A stretch of 64,000 nt of DNA from Octopus vulgaris (GCA_951406725.2 OX597816.1:168516001-168580000); one strand, 5' to 3'. Positions 1 to 10,416 are shown, counted from the first letter of the stretch. Made by a program: numbers and translations. Notes: generated from the sequence alone by a model not told the origin.

Positions 1-50
1 GGCAAAGTTGACCTCGGCGGAATTTGAACTCAGAACGTAGTGGCAGACAA
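1..50 (-). mobile_element. SINE family D (Nin/Deu-domain-like) fragment at window edge
   Basis: Reverse complement of the head of the copy at 52842-53058. Confidence 0.75.
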
Positions 51-111
51 ACCATGAAAACATGACTGCTTTCTGTTCTTCCTTCTCTTTACTCTTGTTT
101 GTTGTCAACAG

Positions 112-189
112 AACTTGCCTGTGAATGAATTCCTCAAGCTTCATAGCCTATTTAAAGCTTGACTGATTTGCAATCAAAAACTTTGATTT
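112..189 (+). other. Candidate non-coding (5' UTR) exon of the MH2-domain gene
   Basis: Long polypyrimidine tract ending CAG at 109-111 and a GTAAGT donor at 190. All three frames are closed. Contains a short uORF (MNSSSFIAYLKLD*, 125-166). Confidence 0.35.
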
Positions 190-360
190 GTAAGTCTAAT
201 GGTATTGTCATGAGGTACATTTTTGAAATTTATGGCTAGCTGTTTGTTGACAGTCAGCCAATGAATCTGATGTGCAGATGTTGAGTGTCATTGGTTAGTT
301 TCCTCATGACATCAGTATACAATGTCAAGGATCTAGTTTTGTTCATGAAAATTTTCTTAA

Positions 361-580
361 CCCTTTAGTGTTTAAACTGGCCATACCAGGCCAAAATTGT
401 CTTCCTGTTTTATGCTCAAACCAGCCAGCTCTGACCTCTCACACCTACCCTACAAAGTCATTCTAAAAGTAAACAGGGACATTATCAAAATCTCAGAGTT
501 ACAAGATGCTGTACAATTAATTTAAAATAATGTAATTAAACAGGCTTTACATTTGACAGAGTAATCTGAATGCTAAAGGG
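361..580. mobile_element. piggyBac-like MITE
   Basis: TTAA|CCCTTTAG ... CTAAAGGG|TTAA termini. Related copies at about 688-1176, 27563-27913 and 43054-43274. Confidence 0.85.
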
Positions 581-687
581 TTAAATGGAAAAATAAGTCA
601 GGGTTCAAAATGAGAAGGCAAAGTTTAACCAAGACATTTATCACTGAAAAATATCAGGGCTCAGAATGCTTGCTGACCACTGTTTAT

Positions 688-1176
688 CCCTTTCACATTC
701 AGATTGCTTACTGTTAAATGTAATGCTTGTTTATTCACATTGTTTCTGAATTAACCAAGAATTGTCAATGATGTTATTGTTTATTTGGATCCTTTTGATT
801 TGAACGGCAGTTTTTAACATAATTTCTAGGTAACTAAAAAATTTTAAACTTCGTATACTGGTAGAATGTGTTTATAAAACATCTTTTTCTTTTGGTTTTA
901 TTGAGAAAGTTCTATAGTTTGTAAGATATTTGTTGTTTTTTTTCTTCAATTTCTGCAATTTCAACCAATCACTGACGTCTATTGAGGTAAAAAACATTCT
1001 GTGCCGTATGAATAAGTCTCTCGTTTAAGAAACAGATTGGGTTTATTTACATCTGTGAAGATCTGTTTATTTTTAAAATGACACTGTGGGATAGGTGTAA
1101 GAGACCAAATCTGGCCAGTTTGAACATAAAACAAATAAAATATTTTGGCCAGATAGGGGCCAGTTTAAATGTTAAA
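688..1176. mobile_element. Decayed piggyBac-like MITE (opposite orientation), interrupted by a Merlin-like MITE
   Basis: Similar to the reverse complement of 361-580 on both sides of the 787-1064 insertion. Confidence 0.6.
787..1064. mobile_element. Merlin-like MITE, internally deleted copy
   Basis: Starts GGATCCTTTTGATTTGAACGGCAGTTTTT. 8-bp TSD GTTTATTT at 779-786 and 1065-1072. Reverse complement of part of 5209-5632. Confidence 0.75.
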
Positions 1177-1356
1177 TATGCAAACATAACACCTAAGACC
1201 TTCAGTCATAACACAAAACACTGTAGATGTGATAAAATACATGTATACATGTATACCTACATACACGCACACACACATACACACATAAAGAGAAAGAGAA
1301 GGAGGGAGAAATCGCTAGAGATAGATAGATAAATAGGCAGTAAGACAGTCAGATAA

Positions 1357-1490
1357 TATATTTCTTTACTGCCCACAGGGGGCTAAATATAGAGGGGACA
1401 AACAAGGACAGACAAAGGGATTAAGTCAATAACATCGACACCAGTGCGAAACTGGTACTTTATTTATCGACCCCGAACGGATGAAAGGCT
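1357..1490 (-). mobile_element. SINE family D, 3' part
   Basis: tttctttactgcccacaggg...tgaaaggc, homologous to 43840-44050 and 57531-57760. Confidence 0.8.
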
Positions 1491-1496
1491 AGAGGT

Positions 1497-1521
1497 TTGT
1501 GTGTGTGTATGTGTTGTGTGT

Positions 1522-1599
<78 letters not shown>
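1497..1599. repeat. (TG)n microsatellite
   Basis: Directly visible. Confidence 0.95.
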
Positions 1600-1603
<4 letters not shown>

Positions 1604-1739
1604 CTATCTATGTACAGAGGGGCAGAAAAAGATATACCATTAGTTTTTAAGGTGTTGTATTTTAGAATCATCACAGCAGAGTGCTGTGATAATTCTAAAA
1701 TACAACAGGCTGTAAGTGACTATGTTTGATTTTTGCAGA

Positions 1740-1834
1740 TAATAATGGTGCATAGATTATGAATTTTGATTGACGAGATGGGGCCCCGAAACAAACAGTT
1801 GCAGGGGGCCTCTAAAAGTCATGCGACACTTCTG
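1740..1834. mobile_element. hAT terminal fragment of the same family as the 43396 terminus
   Basis: Reverse complement closely matches 43396-43490 (...atgacttttagaggc.ccct.caact.tttgtttcg.ggccccatctc). Confidence 0.7.
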
Positions 1835-1967
1835 TTTTATCTATCATTATGGAATGTTATACAACTGATGATGACTCGCTAGTTTCCCAATTCAATATAT
1901 CATAACGAATCTTTCATTCTTTCTCTCTTTCTGTCTCTGTACATATAAACACACAAACACACACACG

Positions 1968-2025
<58 letters not shown>

Positions 2026-2295
2026 AACAAAGTAGCTAATTAGAAAAATCTCTTTAAAAGATGAAAGTAGTAACAATACTGACAAGTAATGCTTGTCACC
2101 ACATCAACATGGTGTCCAGCATGAAGTATGGGCAAAAGTAGCCCAAAACCAGGCAGTCTGCTGATCCTGTCAAATTGTTAGAAGATGGTAAGGGTTCACT
2201 CCCCTACTTACAATATATGAGGTCTGCTCAATAAATATTCTGACTGTTGCCATAGTAACAAAGCTAAAGCATGCAGAGTGAAGCCACATGGTATG

Positions 2296-2337
<42 letters not shown>

Positions 2338-2421
2338 GGAATATTATTCCAAACTTACAGGGAAAAATTCAATTTAGAAATACTAAATCAAATTTCACCA
2401 AAATATAATATATATATACAT

Positions 2422-2472
<51 letters not shown>

Positions 2473-2574
2473 TAATCCAAACAAGAAAACCAAAAGACAA
2501 CAACGCAAGGATGTGGAACAAATAAAGTATTATTAGACACTCAGGAAAGAAGGGAAGATATATATATATATATA

Positions 2575-3100
2575 AATTAGAAAAAAAACACCTTTTATCA
2601 ATTCAATAATGAAAAATTAAATTGTACCATTTAGAAAAATTACATATTATAGAAAGATTAAATATAAGATAAGATATATAACAATGATTAAGTAATGTGC
2701 AAAATAATAAATAAAACGTATATAGTTGGTAGAATAACGACATGTGATTCGTGGCAATATTTAAGAAATGATAATATAATAATAACAATAATAATAATAG
2801 TAAAATCACTTCAATATAAATATAGCCAATCTTCAGGTTAAAGATAAAAACAATAAAATAATTAATTAGATAAATTAATAAATATACGTAAATAATCTTG
2901 TAAAATACGAAATATCTTAACAAATATATTTTTGTTTAAATAAAAGAATATGTTTTATTTATTATTTTGCTCATTACCTAATCTTTGTTATATGCTTTAT
3001 CGTATATTTAATCTTTCTATAATATGTAATTTTTCTAAATGGTATAATTTAAATTTTCATTATTGAATTGATAAAAGGTGTTTTTTTTTAAATTTATATA
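2575..3100 (-). mobile_element. AT-rich foldback element in a (TA)n tract, Penelope-like, carrying a hammerhead motif
   Basis: About 100-bp terminal inverted repeats (2575-2675 / 2998-3100). Internal CUGAAGA...GAAU-CACAUG-UC on the minus strand. Confidence 0.6.
2735..2840 (-). ncRNA. Type I hammerhead ribozyme motif (one core substitution)
   Basis: UAAC-CUGAAGA-[about 79-nt helix II, UGGCUAUAUUUA/UAAAUAUUGCCA]-GAAU-CACAUG-UC-GUUA. Helix I is UAAC/GUUA. Confidence 0.6.
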
Positions 3101-3104
3101 TATA

Positions 3105-3990
3105 TGAGTTCAGAAAAAAATTTTGATTCAGATGAATATAGCACTTAAGTTGAGGCACCAGAATTTAGTATGGTATTATCCATACAATTTCAAAATAAGG
3201 TGATTAAAATCAAAATAAGCAATGAGGATATCCAGAGGTAATGCAGTACGATCGTTTCATGTGACTCCATTTAATTGAACAATGCAAACATTTCATTACA
3301 TCAATTTAAAATGTAGAGCAATTTAATTAAATTAGAAGGATACATTAGTATATGTCACTGATTTTTCAGTTATTTTGTTTTATTATGGGGTCAGTTTTAA
3401 TTTATAGACTAGTTTATCAAATCCTTTGTATATTTAAGGCTGAGAGAAGACAGAGGGCAGTCTCAGCTTGGGGTGGGGTAGAGTTGGTGGAGTAGACAGA
3501 TATTCTAAATGGTATAGTCATAAAATCAAGATTTATTTGAAGCAATGTCATGAGGTTTAGTAAGAGAGTACTTAAAACAACATCCTGTTTGTGGTATTCT
3601 CTTACTAAACCTCATGAAATTGCTTCAAATAAATCTTGATTTTATGACTATACCATTTAGAATGTCTGTCTGCTCCACCAACTCTACCCCACCCCAAGCT
3701 GATACTACCCTCTGTCTTCTCTCAGCCTTAAATATACAAAGGATTTGATAAACTAGTCTATAAAATAAAAACTGACCGCCCCCCGTATATAAAACTAAAT
3801 AACAGAAAAATCAGTGATAGGCAGTGTCTTCTTGAAAAAAATTTCAGTTACAACTGTGATGTTGTTGGTAAAACATGTTCTTTGTCTATCTCCTTATGCT
3901 CTTGGAGATTTGGGGTAAAATTATACTAATGTATCCTTCTAATTTAATTAAATTACTCTACATTTTAAATTAATGTAATGAAATGATTGC
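3105..3990. mobile_element. Penelope-like terminal-repeat-derived foldback
   Basis: 3352-3570 is inverted at 3597-3820 and 3285-3350 at 3922-3990. Same family as 53940-54450. GAAACGATCGTA hammerhead half on the minus strand at about 3246-3257. Confidence 0.6.
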
Positions 3991-4593
3991 CAGTAATTAT
4001 TCGGTAAAGAAATCATTGCTTGTGTCCATGAGTTGAGCGGTGACAAGCAAGCAAACCAGCAGAAATTGTGGCTCATTGACTTTTGTTGTTGTCACTTAAA
4101 GCATGGAGAACCCATGCTCCATACTTCTGAACCTTTCCCATTGAGTGAAGATGCTTCTCTATAGCAGTGTGGGAGCATTCCATTTTGTCTGCCAGTTCCC
4201 TCATCGTTTGACGAGAATTTTCAGGCAAAAGTTGGTTTAATAGTCTTCGTCGAACTCAACTGAACGGCCAGAACGAGATGCGTCTTTGAGATCAAAATTT
4301 CCGTTTTTGGACTTGGCATATCAATCAGGACTGGTTCTTTCAGCTATGGCACCCTCTCCATACACAGCACAATTGTCACGAGCAGCTTTTGTAGCCTTAG
4401 AACCTTGATTATAAGCAAAAAGAAGGAGGTGTTGAAAATGCTCGTTTTTCTTAACTTGACATTCCATTTTAATGATCTGAAAATAAACAAAAATTAACTA
4501 AAATTAACTAGAAAAAAAAAGATTCTAAAATTTAAAAATACAATAAATTCCAAAATTTAAAAAAGCAGCGGGAACTTAGTTGCCAACCCAATA
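3991..4593 (-). mobile_element. mariner transposon 5' fragment (decayed)
   Basis: TA + TIR TTGGGTTGGCAACTAAG at 4593 going leftwards. ATG at 4467 gives MECQVKKNEHFQHLLLFAYNQGSKATKAARDNCAVYGEGAI...GNFDLKDASRSGR (mariner HTH). Confidence 0.85.
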
Positions 4594-4657
4594 GATAGAT
4601 AACATATATATATATATATGTGTATGTATGTGAAGGTGTATGGTCAAGTGGTTAGGG

Positions 4658-5138
4658 CAGTGAAGAAGAAGAATTGGCATCTATATCCAGTGATCGCAGA
4701 CTTAAAATCAGGTGTGCTGTGTTACCTATTGATACATTTTGGATTGCTATTATAGGTGAATACCCCTCAGTAGCTAAAAGAGCTTTATCCATTTTGATGC
4801 AGTTTTCCAAATAATATAAATGTGAGAAAGCGAGGGAGAGACCGAGATAAAGAAAGAATAAGTGAGTGGGAAAGTGAGAGAGAAAGGAGAGAGAAACAAA
4901 GAGGGAGAACGTGGCAATAAGAAACAGAAAGGAAGCAACAGAAAGAAACAACCACACCCTCACCCATGCGTAGAGCAGGTCCCCTTAAGCTAGTCTATAT
5001 ATTACTTTATAGTTTATGCTATACTAATATGTATAAAACCCCTTTTGAATAAATTTTAGAATTTACGTACAAAGTGTACAAAAATATATTGATTTCTTGT
5101 AAGGTGTGTCGTGACTAAAAAAAGTTTGGGAACCACTG
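4658..5138 (+). mobile_element. hAT Buster/Charlie deletion derivative
   Basis: Perfect 8-bp TSD GGTTAGGG (nnnTAnnn) and CAGTG...GGGAACCACTG ends. Encodes a dimerization-domain remnant EELASISSDRRLK...FWIAIIGEYPSVAKRALSILMQFS. Confidence 0.88.
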
Positions 5139-5208
5139 GGTTAGGGTTTTGTGTGCTCATGATTGCTAGATCATGGGTTCAATTCCCAGACTAGGTGGTG
5201 CATTTTGT

Positions 5209-5632
5209 GGATCTTTTTGGTTTGAACGGCAGTTTTTTCTAGCAGTGTCATATGAAATTGTCACTCATAATTATGACCCTAGTATCAATCTATGGTATTT
5301 CAATCTGTTTTAGGGTTAGTTAGGGTTAGGGTTAGGGTTAGGGGTGGGGGGAAGGGTATCTTTTTTTCTTCACATAAACCCAATCTGTTTCTGAAATGAG
5401 GGACATATTAATACGGCACAGAATGATTTTTACCTCAATAGACGTCAGTGATTGGTTGAAATTGCAGAAATTGAAAAAAACAACAACAAATATCTTACAA
5501 ACTATAGAATTTTCTCAATAAAGTCAAGAGAAAAAGATGTTTCATGAACACATTCTACCAGTATACGAAGTTTAAAATTTTTTAGTTACCTAGAAATTAT
5601 GTTAAAAACTGCCGTTCAAACCGAAAAGATCC
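5209..5632. mobile_element. Merlin-like MITE with internal (TTAGGG)n
   Basis: 29-bp TIRs GGATCTTTTTGGTTTGAACGGCAGTTTTT / AAAAACTGCCGTTCAAACCGAAAAGATCC and 8-bp TSD CATTTTGT/CATTTTGC. GG..CC ends with an 8-bp TSD fit Merlin. Confidence 0.8.
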
Positions 5633-5930
5633 CATTTTGCTCTTGAGCAAAACACTTCATTTTACATTGCTCTACAATCATTTCAACACCTGAAATGTGG
5701 CACCCTTGCGCACCTGTACTGGCAATGCCTATTTGATAGAGGGAGTGAGCTCATATACAGCACATATATTTGATCAATATAAACAAATCATTTGTGTAGG
5801 TCATTCAGGAAAAACTGTCGACAGGCGATTCCATCATGTGTGTGTGTGTGTGTGTACATGCGTGCGTGCATGCTTGCTTGTGTGTGTGTGTGCTTGCGTG
5901 TTGCAGGATATAAAATTACGCAACATTTCG

Positions 5931-6342
5931 GTGGCTGTGTCGTAAGTAGCTTGCTTATGAACCACATGGTTCCGGGTTCAGTCCCACTGCGTGGCACCTT
6001 GAGCAAGTGTTTTCTACTATAGCCTCGGGCCGACCAAAGCCTTGTAAGTGGATTTGGTAGACGGAAACTGAAAGAAGCCCGTTGTATATATGTATATATA
6101 TATATATATATATGTGCGTTTGTTTGTGTGTCTGTGTTTGTCCCCCTAGCATTGCTTGACAACCAATGCTGGTGTGTTTATGTCCCTGTCACTTAGCGGT
6201 TCGGCAAAAGAGACCGATAGAATAAGTACTGGGCTTACATAGAATAAGTCCCAGGGTCGAGTTGCTTGATTTAAGGCGGTGCTCCAGCATGGCCACTGTC
6301 AAATGACTGAAACAAGTAAAAGAGTAAAAGAGAGTAAAGAGT
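5931..6342 (+). mobile_element. SINE family A (tRNA head, CORE-like CCTTGGGCAAG, internal TA/TG microsatellite, GTAAAAGA tail)
   Basis: One of about 17 near-identical copies in the window. Confidence 0.92.
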
Positions 6343-6400
6343 ATGTTTTTATTAAGTTTGCACCTAATGCTTCTCCCTAATTGTTTCATCTCTTTATCAG

Positions 6401-6539
6401 TTACTCCTTCACTAACAATGACAATGGGTCTCCCCTATTCACTGTACTATACTGCTCATGTATCTTGGGATGACTCATTCATCTCTCAAACTACAGTCAC
6501 TCTCTTTACTGTAAGACAGTACCCATATAATGAAGACAG
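6401..6539 (+). CDS. Coding exon 1 of Expansion/Rebuf-like MH2-only (atypical Smad-like) protein; probable ATG at 6418
   Basis: Acceptor tctttatcag|, donor AG|gtacag (phase 2). Encodes MTMGLPYSLYYTAHVSWDDSFISQTTVTLFTVRQYPYNED-R, which aligns by eye with the MH2 start (SIAYY..ETFHASQPSLTV..PSNSER). Confidence 0.75.
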
Positions 6540-6617
6540 GTACAGGACATATCTGCATTCATTCTCCTGGTAACTGTATTTCTTTTGACCATCATGAAGC
6601 ATATGTACAAGGAGTAG

Positions 6618-6841
6618 CTCTTTTACTTGTTTCAGTCATTTGACTGTGGCCATGCTGGAGCACCGCTTTTAGTCGAGGAAATCGACCCCAGGACTTATTC
6701 TTTTGTAAGCCCAGTACTTATTCTATCGGTCTCTTTTGCCGAACCGCTAAGTTACGGAGATGTAAACATACCAGCATCGGCTGTCAAGCAATGCTAGGGG
6801 GACAAACACAGACACACAAACATACATACATACATGCATAT

Positions 6842-6893
<52 letters not shown>

Positions 6894-7214
6894 CCGACGA
6901 AGAGCTCCTTCTTCCCTTCTTTCCTGAGCGTCCAACAATACTTTATTTGTTCCACGTCCTCGCGTTGTTGTGATTTTTTTTGTGTTTTCTTGTTTGGATT
7001 AACTTTATATATATGTATATATTGGTAAAAACAGTAAGATAACAAAAGAAAGAAAGAGACCTCAATATTATGTAAATAGAGGAAATTTATCTGTAAAATA
7101 ATATGTGACAATTATTCAGCATAACCAAAGAGATGGTGTTGTGGATTTCCACCTCGGCATCTGAAACTCAGAGTTTTATCTTGGCTATTGAATAATTGTC
7201 ACATATCATTTTAC

Positions 7215-7249
<35 letters not shown>

Positions 7250-7411
7250 TTTACGACGGGCTTCTTTCAGTTTCCGTCTACCAAATCCACTCACAAGGCT
7301 TTGGTTGGCCTGAGGCTATAGTAGAAGACACTTGCCCAAGGTGCCACACAGTGGGACTGAACCCGGAACCATGTGGTTGGTAAGCAAGCTACTTACCACA
7401 CAGCCACTCCT
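6618..7411 (-). mobile_element. SINE family A with Penelope-like fragments inserted in its TA tract (about 6890-7220)
   Basis: 3' half at 6618-6860 and 5' half at 7252-7411. The insert 6905-7010 is the reverse complement of 2460-2557. Confidence 0.88.
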
Positions 7412-8038
7412 ACATTGTATAGGATGTTTTGTATTCAATACACTCTACTATCACCCTTTATGTTCTTTTATCATTCTTTTCCACCTGACCATTCATTATT
7501 GGTATTCATCAGCTTTCTTTTACCCTCATCCTCCTCAGTACCTTTCTATCCCTTTCCTCTCTTTCTCTCCCCCTCTACTTCTATCTCTTCTCAATCACTC
7601 TGTTTCTCTCATCATGCTCTTCATTCTTACACCAATTCATCTTAGTTGTTTTGTAGTTGATCTCTTTTCTATTCACCTTTACGGTCATGACACCCTGAAT
7701 GAATGGGTGCACAGTAGTGTAATGAGGACTCTAATCTTACAGGGTACAACACTACCTCACTAGCACTGGTTCTATGATAAAATGCACCCTGTACACACTG
7801 TAAAGGGGTTGGCAAACGAACAGAAACAATGTAGGATCAAAGGAACCCTTAATTCTTGATGAAGGTGTGACAACCTCTACTGCACTGCACTATCTACTAT
7901 CTACTGCACTATCAAATATTCCCAATATGCTATTTTGAATGATTGGTAAGAAAGAGAGCATCTAAGTGAAGAAACATTACTAAAAAATGAGAGCTACAAG
8001 TGAGACATGCTCCTACAACCCATCTAAGGGAGGAGTAG

Positions 8039-8434
8039 TCTTTATATATAAAAGTGAAGCTGTGTGTCTGTCTCCTACGATTTAGATTCCTAACTACTCC
8101 CACATTTTGCGGTGCAGTGTAACCAAAAGCGGGTATCTTATAGTCGTGATTCATATCGAGCCCTTCTGGGTAATAGCGTGTGTCTACGATGAGTCTACGA
8201 TTTAAAAAAAAATTTACCATTATTTTTTTCCATTTTAATGCATTTTTTTGCTATTATATACGGGAAGTAACTCTCTAAAAATGTATTATTAAATCTCAGA
8301 ACGTAAAAAGCTACAGTAACACCCCCCCCTTTGTGTTTAGCCATATTGAGATGGCTATTATACTTTACATCTCGAAAAATGCTTATATAGTTATTTCCCT
8401 TACAAACCTCAGCAACGCCGGGGGATACTGCTAG
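8039..8434 (+). mobile_element. Non-autonomous Helitron
   Basis: 5' TCTTTATATATAAAAG and 3' GC-rich hairpin + CTAG|T, no TSD. Second copy at 19665-20051. Confidence 0.85.
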
Positions 8435-8663
8435 TTGTGAATAAGAAATGATTGAACTGTGATGACCTGTGTAACCTATGCTAACATGAAAAGCAGATAT
8501 AAAAATGAGGAGCTAGAAGAGCTAGGATTCATATATACACACATGCATACACACGCATGCACACACGCATACATTTATTTTGCATATTCATATACAAAAT
8601 AATATTTGTTAAAAATATTTGCTATAGAATAAAATAATATTGTTTCTCTTTTTTACTTAACAG

Positions 8664-8721
8664 AATTGGTTTGAGATCAATACCACAATGTCAAGCTGAA
8701 ATCCTCTTTAATGGAAATTTA
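8664..8721 (+). CDS. Coding exon 2 of MH2-only protein
   Basis: ttttacttaacag| ... |gtaagt, phase 2 to 0. Encodes (R)IGLRSIPQCQAEILFNGNL, matching the RIGL motif of Expansion-type MH2. Confidence 0.85.
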
Positions 8722-8870
8722 GTAAGTTATTTATTTTATTTAAAGTACATATTTTCTCATTTAATTTTAAAAACATGCTCAGTGAAATATGTTCTGCATA
8801 TATAACATTGAAAATTTAAATTTATGTTGCAAATTGTTTCACTAAAATATTCAACAAAATAGTATTTACT

Positions 8871-9038
8871 CTAGTCAAGCAAATCGCTCCCAGGACTTAT
8901 TCTTTGTAAGCCCAGTACTTATTCTATCGGTCTCTTTTGCCGAACCGCTAAGTTACGGAGATGTAAACACACCAGCATCGGTTGTCAAGCGATGTTGGGG
9001 GGACAAACACAGATACACAAACATACATACATACATGC

Positions 9039-9040
<2 letters not shown>
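8871..9040 (-). mobile_element. SINE family A, partial
   Basis: Matches the 3' half of family A. Confidence 0.85.
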
Positions 9041-9075
<35 letters not shown>

Positions 9076-9340
9076 TTAAATTAGAGATAAAACCACTATT
9101 AGGCAAATCAAACAATGAAAACCATAAACCAAAATATAAAAATGAAAATAATTAATATAATATATAAAATATATTAAATATAAAATTTAAAATTAAAATT
9201 ATTAATTTATATTTATAAATTTTTATTTTTTATTTAAAACAATTTTTTTTTTTAATTTATTTATTTATTTATTTTTTATATTAAATATATATAACTATCA
9301 AAAAGTATTAAAAAGTTTAATATAAGATAAAAAGTAAAAC

Positions 9341-9437
9341 CACTACATACGTTTCATGGCCATAACCTAATTTGAATTACAATAATTTGAATTCAATTAA
9401 TAATTCGAATTATGGTTATAGTCAATCTTCAGGTTAA
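9341..9437 (-). ncRNA. Type I hammerhead ribozyme motif with intact core, inside an AT-rich Penelope-like remnant (about 9075-9440)
   Basis: AAC-CUGAAGA-[UGACUAUAACC...GGUUAUGGCCA long helix II]-GAAA-CGUAUG-UA. Helix III is near-palindromic and helix I is weak. Confidence 0.62.
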
Positions 9438-9448
9438 ATATATATAAA

Positions 9449-9581
9449 CTGTGTGGTAAGTAGCTTGCTTATGAACCACATAGTTCCGGGTTCAGTCCCA
9501 CTGTGTGGCACTTTGGCAAGTGCTTATTATTATGTATGTTTGTGTCTGTGTTTGTCGCCCCAACATCACTTGACAACCGAT
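9449..9581 (+). mobile_element. SINE family A, deleted copy
   Basis: Head plus a central piece of family A. Confidence 0.75.
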
Positions 9582-9850
9582 TATGATTTTACATTATGCA
9601 GTATTTTTGTACATACATGAGAATGATGGTGAGACAGGAACATGTTTATTATACTATACATAAATATATAGAGTGTGAATGAATTGAAATACAAAGCTTG
9701 AGAGGCAGAGAATAGTAGAGAGAAGGAGTGAAGAAGGTGATAAAGGGTGGCTTAGGTAAAACATACATACAAACACATTACATGTATGAGTGTATGTGTG
9801 TGTGTAGAGAGAGAGAGTCCAAAATATGTATACACACTTTAATTGCAGAC

Positions 9851-10072
9851 ATCATCATCATCATCATCGTTTAACGTCCGCTTTCCATGCTAGCATGTGT
9901 TGGACGATTTTGACTGAGAGCTAGTGAACCAGATGATTGCACCAGGCTCCAATCTTGATTTGGCAAAGTTTCTATAGAGCTGGATGCCCTTCCTAATGCC
10001 AACCACTCCGAGAGTTTTGTGGGTGCTTTTTATGTGCCACCGGCATGGGGGCCAGTCAGGCAGTACTGGCAT
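9851..10072 (-). mobile_element. RTE-LINE 3' end element (family C, (GAT)n tail)
   Basis: (CAT)n + ttaacgtccgctttccatgctagcatg, shared with 8 other copies. Confidence 0.85.
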
Positions 10073-10106
10073 CTCACTTAATTTTCATTTCCTTTTAGTT
10101 TTAGTC

Positions 10107-10416
10107 CAGGGCTGGCCAACCTGAGGCCTGCTTTTATCTTGAGGCCCACTCGATACTTTCTTGAAGTATTGTGTTTAATTTCAAAATAAAATTGTTTGTG
10201 TAAAACATTTGTTTCAAAATAAATTTAAAATTTATAAGTGGCAAGAAAGCAATAGCCAGCCTACAATTTTATAAATTTAAGCGAACAAAAAGTATGAAAA
10301 TTCTTGATTCTGTAATTTGATTATTTGACTATTACTGCATAAAGTATACAAGTGGCTCTCAAAAAACATTCTGTGATTAAAGTGGCCTGCAATGAAATTC
10401 GAGTTGACCAGGCCTG
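10107..10416. mobile_element. hAT (Charlie-like) MITE
   Basis: TIRs CAGGGCTGGCCAAC / GTTGACCAGGCCTG with degenerate nnnTAnnn flanks. Confidence 0.65.

Larger units (their letters stand above)
4631..5820 (+). mobile_element. Old CORE-like tRNA SINE split by two DNA transposons
   Basis: A-box tggtcaagtggttaggg, B-box gggttcaattccc and CORE-like cttgagcaaaacactt. Resembles the head of 56247-56580. Confidence 0.6.

Noticed and set aside
2117-2140. QHEVWAKV, resembling the EIWAKI start of Expansion MH2
   Set aside because: Bounded by stops, with no convincing acceptor or donor. Exon 6401-6539 already supplies the MH2 N-terminal strands.
5308-5345. True telomere or chromosome fusion site
   Set aside because: Only about 5 units, enclosed within MITE TIRs and TSD.
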